Positions 41,567 through 56,500 are shown, numbered from the stretch's first letter. The stretch: 64,000 nucleotides of DNA from Schmidtea polychroa (GCA_044892525.1 CM097888.1:1922001-1986000), one strand, 5' to 3'. Notes: a model not told the origin generated them from the letters alone. Program-made: numbers and translations.

Positions 41567-44500
41567 CATCATCATCATCATTCATAAATATAAAGTAATA
41601 ATTGCATGACGTAATGCATATCCAAGGGATACAAACCCATTCATTATGCCTGCCAAGGAGGAAATCCAGAAATCGTGGAATATCTGATTGGAAATGGCTG
41701 TGAGTTGAATGAGAAAGTAGTAAATTGGGATTCTAATATAAAGAATAAAAAATGCCTCAGGAGTTTCATCCGATTCATTACGCATGCATGAATGGGCATC
41801 TGGATGTTGCTAGGATACTGATCAAGCACCAGCGGGTGGGCAATATCAAGAGTCCTGATGTGAATAAGCGGTTTCCATATTCTATATGAATGTATCATAT
41901 CCATTTAGCATTCAAGGCCAATCCATTATGCCTGTCAGAGCGATAACGTTGAGCTCGTGAAATTCCTCATGGACAACCATTGTAGCACTAATGTTTCCAA
42001 TTCTCAGGTTAATTATATGCAATATGCCCAATACCCCACTGTAACGGACAATATCATTGAATGCCGAATTATGATGCGCAATATACGCCTTTGTTACTTC
42101 CTGCGCTACCAATCCCAGCTGTAAATCACAATGAACATTAGCAATACCGCTCCCAACTGCCAGGGACGCAAACTCATATATTAAGCAAATATAAAGCAAA
42201 ACATTGCTATATAATTCATACAAGAAATGCAAGCAATAAATAATTAATCAATAAGTAATTAATTTGAATAAATTAATCAAATATTTAATAAATCAAAATA
42301 AACATCGATACACACAATCAAATTCATTAACTGTAACTTTAATCAATTAATTAATTGATTAATTAATCAATCAAATAATAAATCACAATAAACATCGAAA
42401 AACACTATCAAATAAATTAACTGTAACTTTAATTAATTAATTGATTAATTAATTAATCACAAAATTAATTAATAAATTGATTAATTAATCAATCAAATAA
42501 AATCACAATAAACATCAATACACACAATCAAATACATTAACTGTAACATTAATTAATTAATTGATTAATTAATTAATCACAAAATTAATTAATAAATTGA
42601 TTAATTAATCAATCCAATAATAAATCACAATAAACATCGAAAAACACTATCAAATACATTAACTGTAACTTTAATCAATTAATTAATTGATTAATTAATT
42701 AATCACACAATTAATTAATAAATTGATTAATTAATCAATCCAATAATAAATCACAATAAACATCGAAAAACACTATCAAATACATTAACTTCAATATTAA
42801 TCAATAAATAAATAAATTAATTGATTAATTAATCAATCATTTGATTAATCAATAAATTTAATAATTAATCAATATGTATTGTCAACCCCCCCCGCCCCCA
42901 ACCTCCCCTCTTACATTTTGTTCGTTATACTTGAGTTTGACTGTGGATTTGGTGCCGATATTTCTAATACAATCTAGAATTTCTATCCGATCCATTATGC
43001 CTGCAAGCAGGGAAACGCTAACATTGTACGACTGCTGCTTTCTGTGAAAGTCAAAGAAACAATCAACGAACAAACGAAATCAGTAAGAAAAGCTAACTGG
43101 ATCAAATATTTGAATAGAATTTAGAAAAATCGACCGATTCATTTTGCATGCATGAGTGAAAGTGAGGAAATTGTTGGATTATTGATCGGGAAGGGATGCG
43201 AAATAAATTGCAAAAATGATGAAGTAAGAGATCCAATGGATAAATGAGGATTAAAATGTTTGAATTTAAGGAAATGTTTCCACTTCATTACGCCTGCATA
43301 AAGGGAAATAAGGCAATTGCACAATTACTGATTGATGTTCCTGAGTGCAATATTGATTGCACAAATGCTGATGTAATCCGATAATGATAATGATAATGAT
43401 AATTTCACCTCCTAATAATAACATAGCAATCCCAACCGATCCATTTAGCATGCCAAAACGGCCATTTTGAAATTGCCAAGTTATTGATAGGGAGGAATTG
43501 CGATATGAACTCAATGAATAAGCAAGTAATCATTAAATTCCTTGTACAAGATTTGAATATAATTTTTAATTTTAACAATCTATAAACTTTTTAAAAAAGA
43601 CCAACATTAATACGATTAGAATTCTATTGATTGGGGAATGAAATAATGGTTTCGTTTGATGTTTGTATGCAAGGGCATTTCGATATCTTCTTTTTCCTTT
43701 CAATAATGACAATAATAATTGTTGTTTTTGTCGCGCCAAAAAACCTTTGACAATCCTTGATAACATTTTCTAAATCATCGCCTTTGTGAAATTTCTCAGG
43801 TAATAGTCTGCTTATCAATAAATCCGTGGTCGTGGTCGCCATGTTAGACGCAATTAAATTCAAGTCTTCTTCAAGCATTTATTTTTATAACAACTTCAAA
43901 ATTGAGCCGTTTACTAGCATATTTAAACACCGAGGCGTGATAATTATTAATATTGATGTAATTACTGGTCATAAATTTAATTGATTTAATTTAATATAAT
44001 TTAATATAATTTGATATAATTTAATTGATTGAATTTAAATATAAAAATTTACCAGAAATAATTATTGCTACTAACTGATCTCACTTCTACCATTTAACCA
44101 TAATAATTTTATATAGAGATTTACTAACTCCTTACAAATGGCATCAACAAATATATGCAGTTGCTATGAACTCTCCTTTAGCAACCTAACCATTAAAAAG
44201 AAAATTGCATCTATCCAATGTATGAAACCCACTGTTTATAAACGGAATGCGGATGATATTTGTCTTATATTTGAAAATCGAGGCATTTTGACCCGTTTTT
44301 GCATTATATGAATAGTCTACATAAAACATTGTATTCACATGTGTCTAATCATCCACGTTTCGAGGCACTGAACAGGGTATCTATGCTGACAGGGCATCTC
44401 ATACACTTCATCGGCCACCTCATATCATTAGCTGCGGTGATTTTCTTGACTTGTAATTTCTCAATATCTGCCTCATTTGCTGGTGGAGGACCACTTTGTT

Positions 44501-47500
44501 CAAATTGATTCATAATACTCGTTACAATATTGTCGAAACTTTGATCTGAAAATATGTAATCTGACGAATCTGGTCTAAAATCCAACGGCAGCAATCCACC
44601 AAATAAATTTGATATTAGTTGGCCAAAAACACTATTTCTGTTATCAGGATCTCTTGGAGTAATAAAAAAGGAACCATCAGTTTCCTTTGTAGTATTTCCG
44701 ACAGGAACATGACGAATAATATGAGAAACATTCAAGGCATCATCATCACTTTCCATTGAGTTATCAGATTTAATTCTTTCAATAAATCCATCATTGCACG
44801 TCACGCATTTACCATCGTGAGATATGTGAACGTCCCTGTTGCATTTATGATAATAGTAATTATCTGTATTAATCGAAGCCAAAAAACGCAGAGAGACGCG
44901 AGACATGAACTGATAATTAACCAACATGTGAAACGGAGAAAAAATCATCGCTTGCTTCTTGGACCTGTTAATACAACGCAAAGAAAAACACTATGAGACA
45001 GAGATTTATAGAAAACCAACTGATACTGGTCTCTATACTTCTTCCGAAAGTTTTTGTGAATTCAAGTATAAAAGAAATATGGTGAAGGGGTTGATTTATC
45101 GTGCATGGTCTTTGTCTTCTACTTTTGTAAATTCAGTATCAATTGTTAACAAATTGGTTGAATTGTTAAGAACCATCGCAACCCGTCGCCTACTCACACT
45201 ACATACAATACCATACTAATGACCACAACATCTACTACTACTACTGAGATAATTTCTATGTATTATAAATGGAACAACTCCTTTGTTTTATAACTTTCAT
45301 ATCATTTGCATACCATATATTAAAAATGTCCAATAGTTGAAATTTTTCTAATGTTAATTGAAGGGTTAATTGGAATTTGAAATAAAGCACAAATTAAAAT
45401 AAAATAAACCCCAAAATGATCTGAATAGTAATATCAATTATTATTTACTGCATTTCATATCAAACAAATCATTAACCGATTTTTATGAAAATTTCAACTT
45501 ATACCAAACAAAGTATCGATTCGATATGTAACAAAAATAAATGTTAAAATTTAATTTTTGTAAAAATAAAAAAGTCGCATATACTTGGATTTGAACTTCC
45601 ACCGAACGAGATAATCAAAAATCAAAAATTGAACTCACNNNNNNNNNNNNNNNNNNNNNNNNNNNNNNNNNNNNNNNNNNNNNNNNNNNNNNNNNNNNNN
45701 NNNNNNNNNNNNNNNNNNNNNNNNNNNNNNNNNNNNNNNNNNNNNNNNNNNNNNNNNNNNNNNNNNNNNNNNNNNNNNNNNNNNNNNNNNNNNNNNNNNN
45801 NNNNNNNNNNNNNNNNATAATAATCAATAATAATAAAAATAATCAATAATAATAATAATAATATAAAATGATGATTTCTTGGTAGCAGCATTTATTATCT
45901 GAAACAATAAAATGATAATTAAAGCCTTTTGCTGCAAATAATGTATTTAATGAAAAAATTTTCGACTATAAGATAGTCCTTGTCAATCTCCTCTGATTGA
46001 CCCTTGCTATAATCAAAACTGCATTCATCCATTCTTCCCTAAATGTATTTAATAAAATGAAAATATTTTGTGATCACTTTTTTATTAATAATTATAATTC
46101 AAAAGCGAGCTAACTTATAATTAATCGAAATCAATTAAAAATAATTTTAATGCATAAATTCTTAAAAATTCTGATAAATAATGAAACATAAGTTATAATA
46201 CAAATGTTGAATAAAAGTAATATTTAAGAGATTGAATAATGATGTCATATCTATATAAAATCAAAATTCTAGTTTTAAAATTTACTTAAAATTTAAAATC
46301 TTGAAAGCAATTTCTAAAATGGCTGATATTATAAATGAACTATAATTGATGAACACACCAACCTGTATTATAAAATTTTTATTTGATACGAACGGGTATA
46401 TTTCTTGTCAAGTTTAAGCACTCATTGGGCGCATCGCGTGTATAGTCACTGTTTATTCACTCAAGGTATTTGATGGATATTATTAGATGGGCGCACAGTT
46501 GAAATAACAACATTTGAATGAATTACAAACATTTATCATAAAAGAGAGGTACAATTAAGTGCTATGAAATGCCTAAGGACACTCAAGACAAACAAGATAA
46601 GGAATCACTTCTCAAAAATATTAAAATAACAATCAAATGTTTACTTAGTAGTGATTCCAATTATTTAATATTCATAGGTCCATTTCCGCTATTATTATTT
46701 ATAGGCCCATTTCTGTGATTATTATTCATAGGCCCATTTCTGTGATTATTATTCATAGGTCCATTTCTGTGATTATTATTCATTGGCCCATTTCCGCTAT
46801 TATTATTTATAGGCCCATTTCTGTGATTATTATTCATAGGCCCATTTCTGTGATTAATATTCATTGGCCCATTTCTGTGATTAATATTCATAGGCCCATT
46901 TCTGTGATTATTATTCATAGGCCCATTTCTGTGATTATTATTCATTGGCCCATTTCTGTGATTATTATTCATTGGCCCATTTCTGTGATTAATATTCATA
47001 GGCCCATTTCTGTGATTATTATTCATTGGCCCATTTCTGTGATTATTATTCATTGGCCCATTTCTGTGATTAATATTCATAGGCCCATTTCTGTGATTAT
47101 TATTCATTGGCCCATTTCTGTGATTATTATTCATAGGCCCATTTCTGTGATTATTATTCATTGGCCCATTTCTGTGATTATTATTCATTGGCCCATTTCT
47201 GTGATTAATATTCATAGGCCCATTTCTGTGATTATTATTCATTGGCCCATTTCTGTGATTAATATTCATAGGCCCATTTCTGTGATTATTATTCATTGGC
47301 CCATTTCTGTGATTATTATTCATAGGCCCATTTCTGTGATTATTATTCATTGGCCCATTTCTGTGATTATTATTCATTGGCCCATTTCTGTGATTAATAT
47401 TCATAGGCCCATTTCTGTGATTATTATTCATTGGCCCATTTCTGTGATTATTATTCATTGGCCCATTTCTGTGATTAATATTCATTGGCCCATTTCTGTG

Positions 47501-50500
47501 ATTATTATTCATTGGCCCATTTCTGTGATTATTATTCATAGGCCCATTTCTGTGATTATTATTCATTGGCCCATTTCTGTGATTATTATTCATTGGCCCA
47601 TTTCTGTGATTAATATTCATAGGCCCATTTCTGTGATTATTATTCATAGGCCCATTTCTGTGATTATTATTCATTGGCCCATTTCTGTGATTATTATTCA
47701 TAGGCCCATTTCTGTGATTATTATTCATTGGCCCATTTCTGTGATTATTATTCATTGGCCCATTTCTGTGATTAATATTCATAGGCCCATTTCTGTGATT
47801 ATTATTCATTGGCCCATTTCTGTGATTATTATTCATTGGCCCATTTCTGTGATTATTATTCATTGGCCCATTTCTGTGATTATTATTCATTGGCCCATTT
47901 CTGTGATTATTATTCATTGGCCCATTTCTGTGATTATTATTCATTGGCCCATTTCTGTGATTAATATTCATTGGCCCATTTCTGTGATTAATATTCATAG
48001 GTTCACCATTTCCAATCATGACATAAAATTGTTGTTTTTGATGCAAAATGCCTTTGTATATTTATTTTCTGTTTGCAGGAATTTTTTCCAATTCTCTCCG
48101 CGTTGAATGGCGGTAAAATAGAAATCGCAAAATTGCTCATTGAATATAATTGTGACATTAACTGTGTAACTCGAACTGTAAATTTCAATTTTATATTCAT
48201 TTTATTCTTAACTGGGCTGTTGTGTAGCACCAAATGAGGCCTATCCATTTTGCAAGCTCCCTCGGATTTACTGACATCGTGCAAATGCTTATCGATAGGC
48301 AATGCGATATTGAATGTGAAACCATTTTAGTAAAGCTGTTAACTAATTCTCAATGTGTAAATGATAAAAATGATATAGAAAAAGACACCCATGTTTATGG
48401 CCTGCTCAAACAATAACAGGGAAATTGTGAGGCTATTAATTGCCAACCAATGCAATATCAATTGCCCCAATGATTATGTTTGATTGGGATATTTCTTTGT
48501 AAATGCAGTTATAATGTTATAATTATTTAGAATGAGCAGCCGATTCATGAGACTTGTAAGAAAGGGTTTGTAGAGGTCGTCCAACTATTGCTTGACAAGG
48601 AGTGCGATATTACCTGTGTGGATAATAAGGTTGTCGATTGAGTTCTTGTTTATGTAATGCCATAAGGCGTGCATAAGCATGTCATACCCTCCAATGAGCT
48701 AAGGTGACAACATAAGGATGCTTGTTATGCAGTCAGTGAAGGTTCTAATCCTTACGCAATGAATACTATACCCAGTGGCGCAGCTACCATATAGCAAGGG
48801 CAAGCAATGCACAGGGGCCCACAAGGCAGTGGCGCAGCTACCATATAGCAAGGGCAAGCAATGCACAGGGGCCCACAAGGCAGTGGCGCAGCTACCATAC
48901 AGCAAGGGCAAGCAATGCACAGGGGCCCACAAGGCAGTGGCGCAGCTACCATATAGCAAGGGTAAGCAATGCACAGGGCCTACAAGGCAGTGGCGCAGCC
49001 AGCATATAGCAAGGGTAAGCAATGCACAGGGGCCCACAAGGCAGTGGCGCAGCTACCATACAGCAAGGGCAAGCAATGCACAGGGGCCCACAAGGCAGTG
49101 GCGCAGCTACCATATAGCAAGGGTAAGCAATGCACAGGGCCTACAAGGCAGTGGCGCAGCCAGCATATAGCAAGGGTAAGCAATGCACAGGGGCCCACAA
49201 GGCAGTGGCGCAGCTACCATATAGCAAGGGTAAGCAATGCACAGGGGCACACAAGGCAGTGGCGCAGCTACCATATAGCAAGGGTAAGCAATGCACAGGG
49301 GCACACAAGGCAGTGGCGCAGCTACCATACAGCAAGGGCAAGCAATGCACAGGGGCCCACAAGGCAGTGGCGCAGCTACCATATAGCAAGGGCAAGCAAT
49401 GCACAGGGGCCCACAAGGCAGTGGCGCAGCTACCATATAGCAAGGGTAAGCAATGCACAGGGGCCCACAAGGCAGTGGCGCAGCTACCATACAGCAAGGG
49501 CAAGCAATGCACAGGGGCCCACAAGGCAGTGGCGCAGCTACCATATAGCAAGGGTAAGCAATGCACAGGGCCTACAAGGCAGTGGCGCAGCCAGCATATA
49601 GCAAGGGTAAGCAATGCACAGGGGCCCACAAGGCAGTGGCGCAGCTACCATATAGCAAGGGTAAGCAATGCACAGGGGCACACAAGGCAGTGGCGCAGCT
49701 ACCATATAGCAAGGGTAAGCAATGCACAGGGGCACACAAGGCAGTGGCGCAGCTACCATACAGCAAGGGCAAGCAATGCACAGGGGCCCACAAGGCAGTG
49801 GCGCAGCTACCATATAGCAAGGGCAAGCAATGCACAGGGGCCCACAAGGCAGTGGCGCAGCTACCATATAGCAAGGGTAAGCAATGCACAGGGGCCCACA
49901 AGGCAGTGGCGCAGCTACCATATAGCAAGGGTAAGCAATGCACAGGGGCCCACAAGGCAGTGGCGCAGCTACCATATAGCAAGGGTAAGCAATGCACAGG
50001 GCCTACAAGGCAGTGGCGCAGCCAGCATATAGCAAGGGTAAGCAATGCACAGGGGCCCACAAGGCAGTGGCGCAGCTACCATATAGCAAGGGTAAGCAAT
50101 GCACAGGGGCACACAAGGCAGTGGCGCAGCTACCATACAGCAAGGGTAAGCAATGCACAGGGGCACACAAGGCAGTGGCGCAGCTACCATACAGCAAGGG
50201 TAAGCAATGCACAGGGGCCCACAAGACAGTGGCGCAGCTACCATACAGCAAGGGCAAGCAATGCACAGGGGCCCACAAGGCAGTGGCGCAGCCAGCATAC
50301 AGCAAGGGCAAGCAATGCACAGGGGCCCACAAGGCAGTGGCGCAGCCAGCATACAGCAAGGGTAAGCAATGCACAGGGGCCCACAAGGCAGTGGCGCAGC
50401 TACCATACAGCAAGGGCAAGCAATGCACAGGGGCCCACAAGGCAGTGGCGCAGCTACCATATAGCAAGGGCAAGCAATGCACAGGGGCCCACAAGGCAGT

Positions 50501-53500
50501 GGCGCAGCTACCATATAGCAAGGGTAAGCAATGCACAGGGGCCCACAAGGCAGTGGCGCAGCTACCATATAGCAAGGGTAAGCAATGCACAGGGGCCCAC
50601 AAGGCAGTGGCGCAGCTACCATATAGCAAGGGTAAGCAATGCACAGGGGCCCACAAGGCAGTGGCGCAGCCAGCATATAGCAAGGGCAAGCAATGCACAG
50701 GGGCCCACAAGGCAGTGGCGCAGCTACCATACAGCAAGGGCAAGCAATGCACAGGGGCCCACAAGGCAGTGGCGCAGCTACCATATAGCAAGGGCAAGCA
50801 ATGCACAGGGGCCCACAAGGCAGTGGCGCAGCTACCATATAGCAAGGGTAAGCAATGCACAGGGGCCCACAAGGCAGTGGCGCAGCCAGCATATAGCAAG
50901 GGTAAGCAATGCACAGGGGCCCACAAGGCAGTGGCGCAGCCAGCATATAGCAAGGGTAAGCAATGCACAGGGGCCCACAAGGCAGTGGCGCAGCCAGCAT
51001 ACAGCAAGGGTAAGCAATGCACAGGGGCCCACAAGGCAGTGGCGCAGCTACCATATAGCAAGGGTAAGCAATGCACAGGGGCACACAAGGCAGTGGCGCA
51101 GCTACCATACAGCAAGGGTAAGCAATGCACAGGGGCCCACAAGGCAGTGGCGCAGCTACCATATAGCAAGGGTAAGCAATGCACAGGGGCCCACAAGGCA
51201 GTGGCGCAGCCAGCATATAGCAAGGGTAAGCAATGCACAGGGGCCCACAAGGCAGTGGCGCAGCTACCATATAGCAAGGGCAAGCAATGCACAGGGGCCC
51301 ACAAGGCAGTGGCGCAGCCAGCATATAGCAAGGGTAAGCAATGCACAGGGGCCCACAAGGCAGTGGCGCAGCCAGCATACAGCAAGGGTAAGCAATGCAC
51401 AGGGGCCCACAAGGCAGTGGCGCAGCCAGCATATAGCAAGGGTAAGCAATGCACAGGGGCCCACAAGGCAGTGGCGCAGCCAGCATATAGCAAGGGTAAG
51501 CAATGCACAGGGGCCCACAAGGCAGTGGCGCAGCCAGCATACAGCAAGGGCAAGCAATGCACAAGGCCCACAAGGCAGTGGCGCAGCCAGCATATAGCAA
51601 GGGTAAGCAATGCACAGGGCCCACAAGGCAGTGGCGCAGCTACCATATAGCAAGGGTAAGCAATGCACAGGGCCCACAAGGCAGTGGCGCAGCTACCATA
51701 TAGCAATGGTAAGCAATGCACAGGGCCCACAAGGCAGTGGCGCAGCCAGCATATAGCAAGGGTAAGCAATGCACAGGGCCCACAAGGCAGTGGCGCAGCT
51801 ACCATATAGCAAGGGTAAGCAATGCACAGGGCCCACAAGGCAGTGGCGCAGCCAGCATACAGCAAGGGTAAGCAATGCACAGGGGCACACAAGGCAGTGG
51901 CGCAGCCAGCATATAGCAAGGGTAAGCAATGCACAGGGGCCCACAAGGCAGTGGCGCAGCCAGCATATAGCAAGGGTAAGCAATGCACAGGGGCCCACAA
52001 GGCAGTGGCGCAGCCAGCATATAGCAAGGGTAAGCAATGCACAGGGGCCCACAAGGCAGTGGCGCAGCCAGCATACAGCAAGGGTAAGCAATGCACAGGG
52101 GCCCACAAGGCAGTGGCGCAGCTACCATATAGCAAGGGTAAGCAATGCACAGGGGCACACAAGGCAGTGGCGCAGCTACCATATAGCAAGGGCAAGCAAT
52201 GCACAGGGGCCCACAAGGCAGTGGCGCAGCCAGCATATAGCAAAGGTAAGCAATGCACAGGGGCCCACAAGGCAGTGGCGCAGCCAGCATATAGCAAGGG
52301 TAAGCAATGCACAGGGGCCCACAAGGCAGTGGCGCAGCCAGCATACAGCAAGGGTAAGCAATGCACAGGGGCCCACAAGGCAGTGGCGCAGCCAGCATAT
52401 AGCAAGGGTAAGCAATGCACAGGGGCCCACAAGGCAGTGGGGCAGCCAGCATATAGCAAGGGCAAGCAATGCACAGGGCCCACAAGGCAGTGGCGCAGCC
52501 AGCATATAGCAAGGGTAAGCAATGCACAGGGCCCACAAGGCAGTGGCGCAGATACCATATAGCAAGGGTAAGCAATGCACAGGGCCCACAAGGCAGTGGC
52601 GCAGCCAGCATACAGCAAGGGTAAGCAATGCACAGGGGCCCACAAGGCAGTGGCGCAGCCAGCATATAGCAAGGGCAAGCAATGCACAGGGGCCCACAAG
52701 GCAGTGGCGCAGCCAGCATATAGCAAGGGTAAGCAATGCACAGGGGCCCACAAGGCAGTGGCGCAGCCAGCATACAGCAAGGGTAAGCAATGCACAGGGG
52801 CCCACAAGGCAGTGGCGCAGCTACCATATAGCAAGGGTAAGCAATGCACAGGGGCACACAAGGCAGTGGCGCAGCTACCATATAGCAAGGGCAAGCAATG
52901 CACAGGGGCCCACAAGGCAGTGGCGCAGCCAGCATATAGCAAGGGTAAGCAATGCACAGGGGCCCACAAGGCAGTGGCGCAGCCAGCATATAGCAAGGGT
53001 AAGCAATGCACAGGGGCCCACAAGGCAGTGGCGCAGCTACCATATAGCAAGGGTAAGCAATGCACAGGGCCCACAAGGCAGTGGCGCAGCCAGCATATAG
53101 CAAGGGTAAGCAATGCACAGGGCCCACAAGGCAGTGGCGCAGCTACCATATAGCAAGGGTAAGCAATGCACAGGGCCCACAAGGCAGTGGCGCAGCTACC
53201 ATATAGCAAGGGCAAGCAATGCACAGGGGCCCACAAGGCAGTGGCGCAGCCAGCATATAGCAAGGGTAAGCAATGCACAGGGGCCCACAAGGCAGTGGCG
53301 CAGCCAGCATATAGCAAGGGTAAGCAATGCACAGGGGCCCACAAGGCAGTGGCGCAGCCAGCATATAGCAAGGGCAAGCAATGCACAGGGGCCCACAAGG
53401 CAGTGGCGCAGCTACCATATAGCAAGGGTAAGCAATGCACAGGGGCACACAAGGCAGTGGCGCAGCTACCATATAGCAAGGGTAAGCAATGCACAGGGGC

Positions 53501-56500
53501 CCACAAGGCAGTGGCGCAGCTACCATATAGCAAGGGTAAGCAATGCACAGGGGCCCACAAGGCAGTGGCGCAGCTACCATATAGCAAGGGTAAGCAATGC
53601 ACAGGGGCACACAAGGCAGTGGCGCAGCCAGCATATAGCAAGGGTAAGCAATGCACAGGGGCCCACAAGGCAGTGGCGCAGCCAGCATATAGCAAGGGTA
53701 AGCAATGCACAGGGGCACACAAGGCAGTGGCGCAGCCAGCATATAGCAAGGGTAAGCAATGCACAGGGGCCCACAAGGCAGTGGCGCAGCTACCATACAG
53801 CAAGGGCAAGCAATGCACAGGGGCCCACAAGGCAGTGGCGCAGCCAGCATATAGCAAGGGTAAGCAATGCACAGGGGCCCACAAGGCAGTGGCGCAGCCA
53901 GCATATAGCAAGGGTAAGCAATGCACAGGGGCCCACAAGGCAGTGGTGCAGCTACCATATAGCAAGGGTAAGCAATGCACAGGGCCCACAAGGCAGTGGC
54001 GCAGCTACCATATAGCAAGGGTAAGCAATGCACAGGGGCCCACAAGGCAGTGGCGCAGCTACCATATAGCAAGGGTAAGCAATGCACAGGGCCTACAAGG
54101 CAGTGGCGCAGCCAGCATATAGCAAGGGTAAGCAATGCACAGGGGCCCACAAGGCAGTGGCGCAGCCAGCATATAGCAAGGGTAAGCAATGCACAGGGGC
54201 CCACAAGGCAGTGGCGCAGCTACCATACAGCAAGGGCAAGCAATGCACAGGGGCCCACAAGGCAGTGGCGCAGCTACCATATAGCAAGGGTAAGCAATGC
54301 ACAGGGGCCCACAAGGCAGTGGCGCAGCTACCATATAGCAAGGGTAAGCAATGCACAGGGGCCCACAAGGCAGTGGCGCAGCTACCATATAGCAAGGGTA
54401 AGCAATGCACAGGGCCCACAAGGCAGTGGCGCAGCTACCATACAGCAAGGGTAAGCAATGCACAGGGGCCCACAAGGCAGTGGCGCAGCTACCATACAGC
54501 AAGGGTAAGCAATGCACAGGGGCCCACAAGGCAGTGGCGCAGCCAGCATATAGCAAGGGCAAGCAATGCACAGGGGCCCACAAGGCAGTGGCGCAGCTAC
54601 CATACAGCAAGGGTAAGCAATGCACAGGGGCCCACAAGGCAGTGGCGCAGCTACCATACAGCAAGGGTAAGCAATGCACAGGGGCCCACAAGGCAGTGGC
54701 GCAGCTACCATACAGCAAGGGTAAGCAATGCACAGGGGCCCACAAATTGTAAAAAAAAATTCTAAAAAAAATCCTCTACAGATTCCTTTAATCTCTCCTT
54801 GCTTCTGTTTCTCTAAACGCCTTATTATTTTCTCGTAAAGTTTCATTTCTCTATTTTACTTTTCTTTACAACTTCAGTTTTCGTCTTGTTTTGTAAATTC
54901 TGTCTATTTCTCTTGTTTAAAACTTCTGTCTTCACTTTTCTATTCTTTTAAGTCCAGTGGAGTTTCTAAATATTGACTTCAATTTGAATACCCTTTCCCG
55001 CACATTTCCATGATCCTCTTTAATTCTCCTAATATCTCTGACAGCTGTCGAGATATGTAATATCTTCTAGCTTCCCCTGTGATCTCTTTTCCTTATTTTA
55101 ACCAGGCTATAGAGATATGCCAATTTAATTTTGTTTTCGTTTCCTCTTCCTCGCTTTGTACTTTTTAAATAAAAATGTCCTTGTCATGTTTCGTTATTTG
55201 ATTATTTGATGTTTTCCATTCTTTGCTATTTTTTTTATTTTATCAACTCTTCCAATCGCTCCTACTTTCCATTATTCCGGAGCAACACACATTTTAATAA
55301 TTATTTCATTTTATTATTTAGGTATCCTCAACAGTATTGATAAATGTCAATTTGATTATCCTATCAATTTTTGCTTTCTCTACATTCGTTCACCTTCTAA
55401 AGCATTTATTAATTGTCATTATCTAGCAGCAATTTATGTTATATGTAAATATGGACGTTTTGTTTTACTTTGATTAGACTAGTTTATTGAAATTTAATTA
55501 AATAATTACACGAATATCTATTTTCCTGTTCTCTAACCAACGATTGTTATGAAATAAATATTGAATATAATGCGCTTTGACAGTAATATAAAATGCTAAT
55601 CAAATATCCCAGATGATGCAGCCTATTCATATTGCAAGTCAAAATGGCCGAGTAGAAATAGTAAAAAAATTAATAGCAAAAGGAGCCGATGTAAATTGCA
55701 TGAGCATATATGTAATTGTAATTCTTTATCCCATTATGAATTTTTACCACCTCAATCAGGCACGGACTCCTCTTTATCTAGCATCAGAAAATGGCCATTA
55801 TGATGTTACGAAGGTGCTAATTGATAATGGGTGCAATATCGAATGTCAATCAAGAAAGGTTAATCGATATCGAGTGAAACTCATAATAACAATGATGTGA
55901 ACATTTAGAAATGGAGGCCGATCCACAATGCCTGTCAACACGGTTTTCATGAGATAGCTCAACTTCTTGTCGACAGTCACTGCTCTATTGATACCGAGAA
56001 TGACAATGTTAATTATTTTCTAAAATTTATATTTGTTTAAAGCAGGTAATTAGTAGCTTGTTCCATAAATCCCTATGGAACAACAAATTTTAATGTGAAG
56101 ATTGCACTATAAGATTTTTGAGAATTATCGATTGGTTTTACCTTTTCTTAATTCCTGGGAGAACCAAGAAACTTTTCGAGGATTTTATTTCGGAATCTTC
56201 TTAGTTGAATCACGACGCAACCTTTTTGTTAAGGATGTCTCGACTAAATATGTCGCGTTCTCAAGATAGCCCAAAAATATTGATTGATTACACTTAATTC
56301 CTAGGAGAACCAAGAAATTTTTCGAGATCTTTATTAAAGAATCTTCTTAGTCGAATCAAGACGCAACTTTTTCGTGAAGGATGTCTCGACTAAATATGCT
56401 TGGTTCCCAATGTTCCAAAATTTATTCCTTAAAAACGCAAAATTTATATTGAAAAGAAGTCTTTTCGTTGATTTCATATAAATTAATCTGTGTCGACAAA

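Noticed and set aside
41912-42232. Minus-strand 106-aa ORF
   Set aside because: Partly antisense to an ankyrin exon; the rest has no motif I can identify.
48773-54745. CRISPR-like array
   Set aside because: No unique spacers, no cas genes and a eukaryotic intronic context.
48699-54846. Long ORFs (up to 1328 aa) over the 54-bp array
   Set aside because: The unit is a multiple of 3 and stop-free in several frames on both strands; 53-bp units shift frames freely, so there is no sign of coding constraint.
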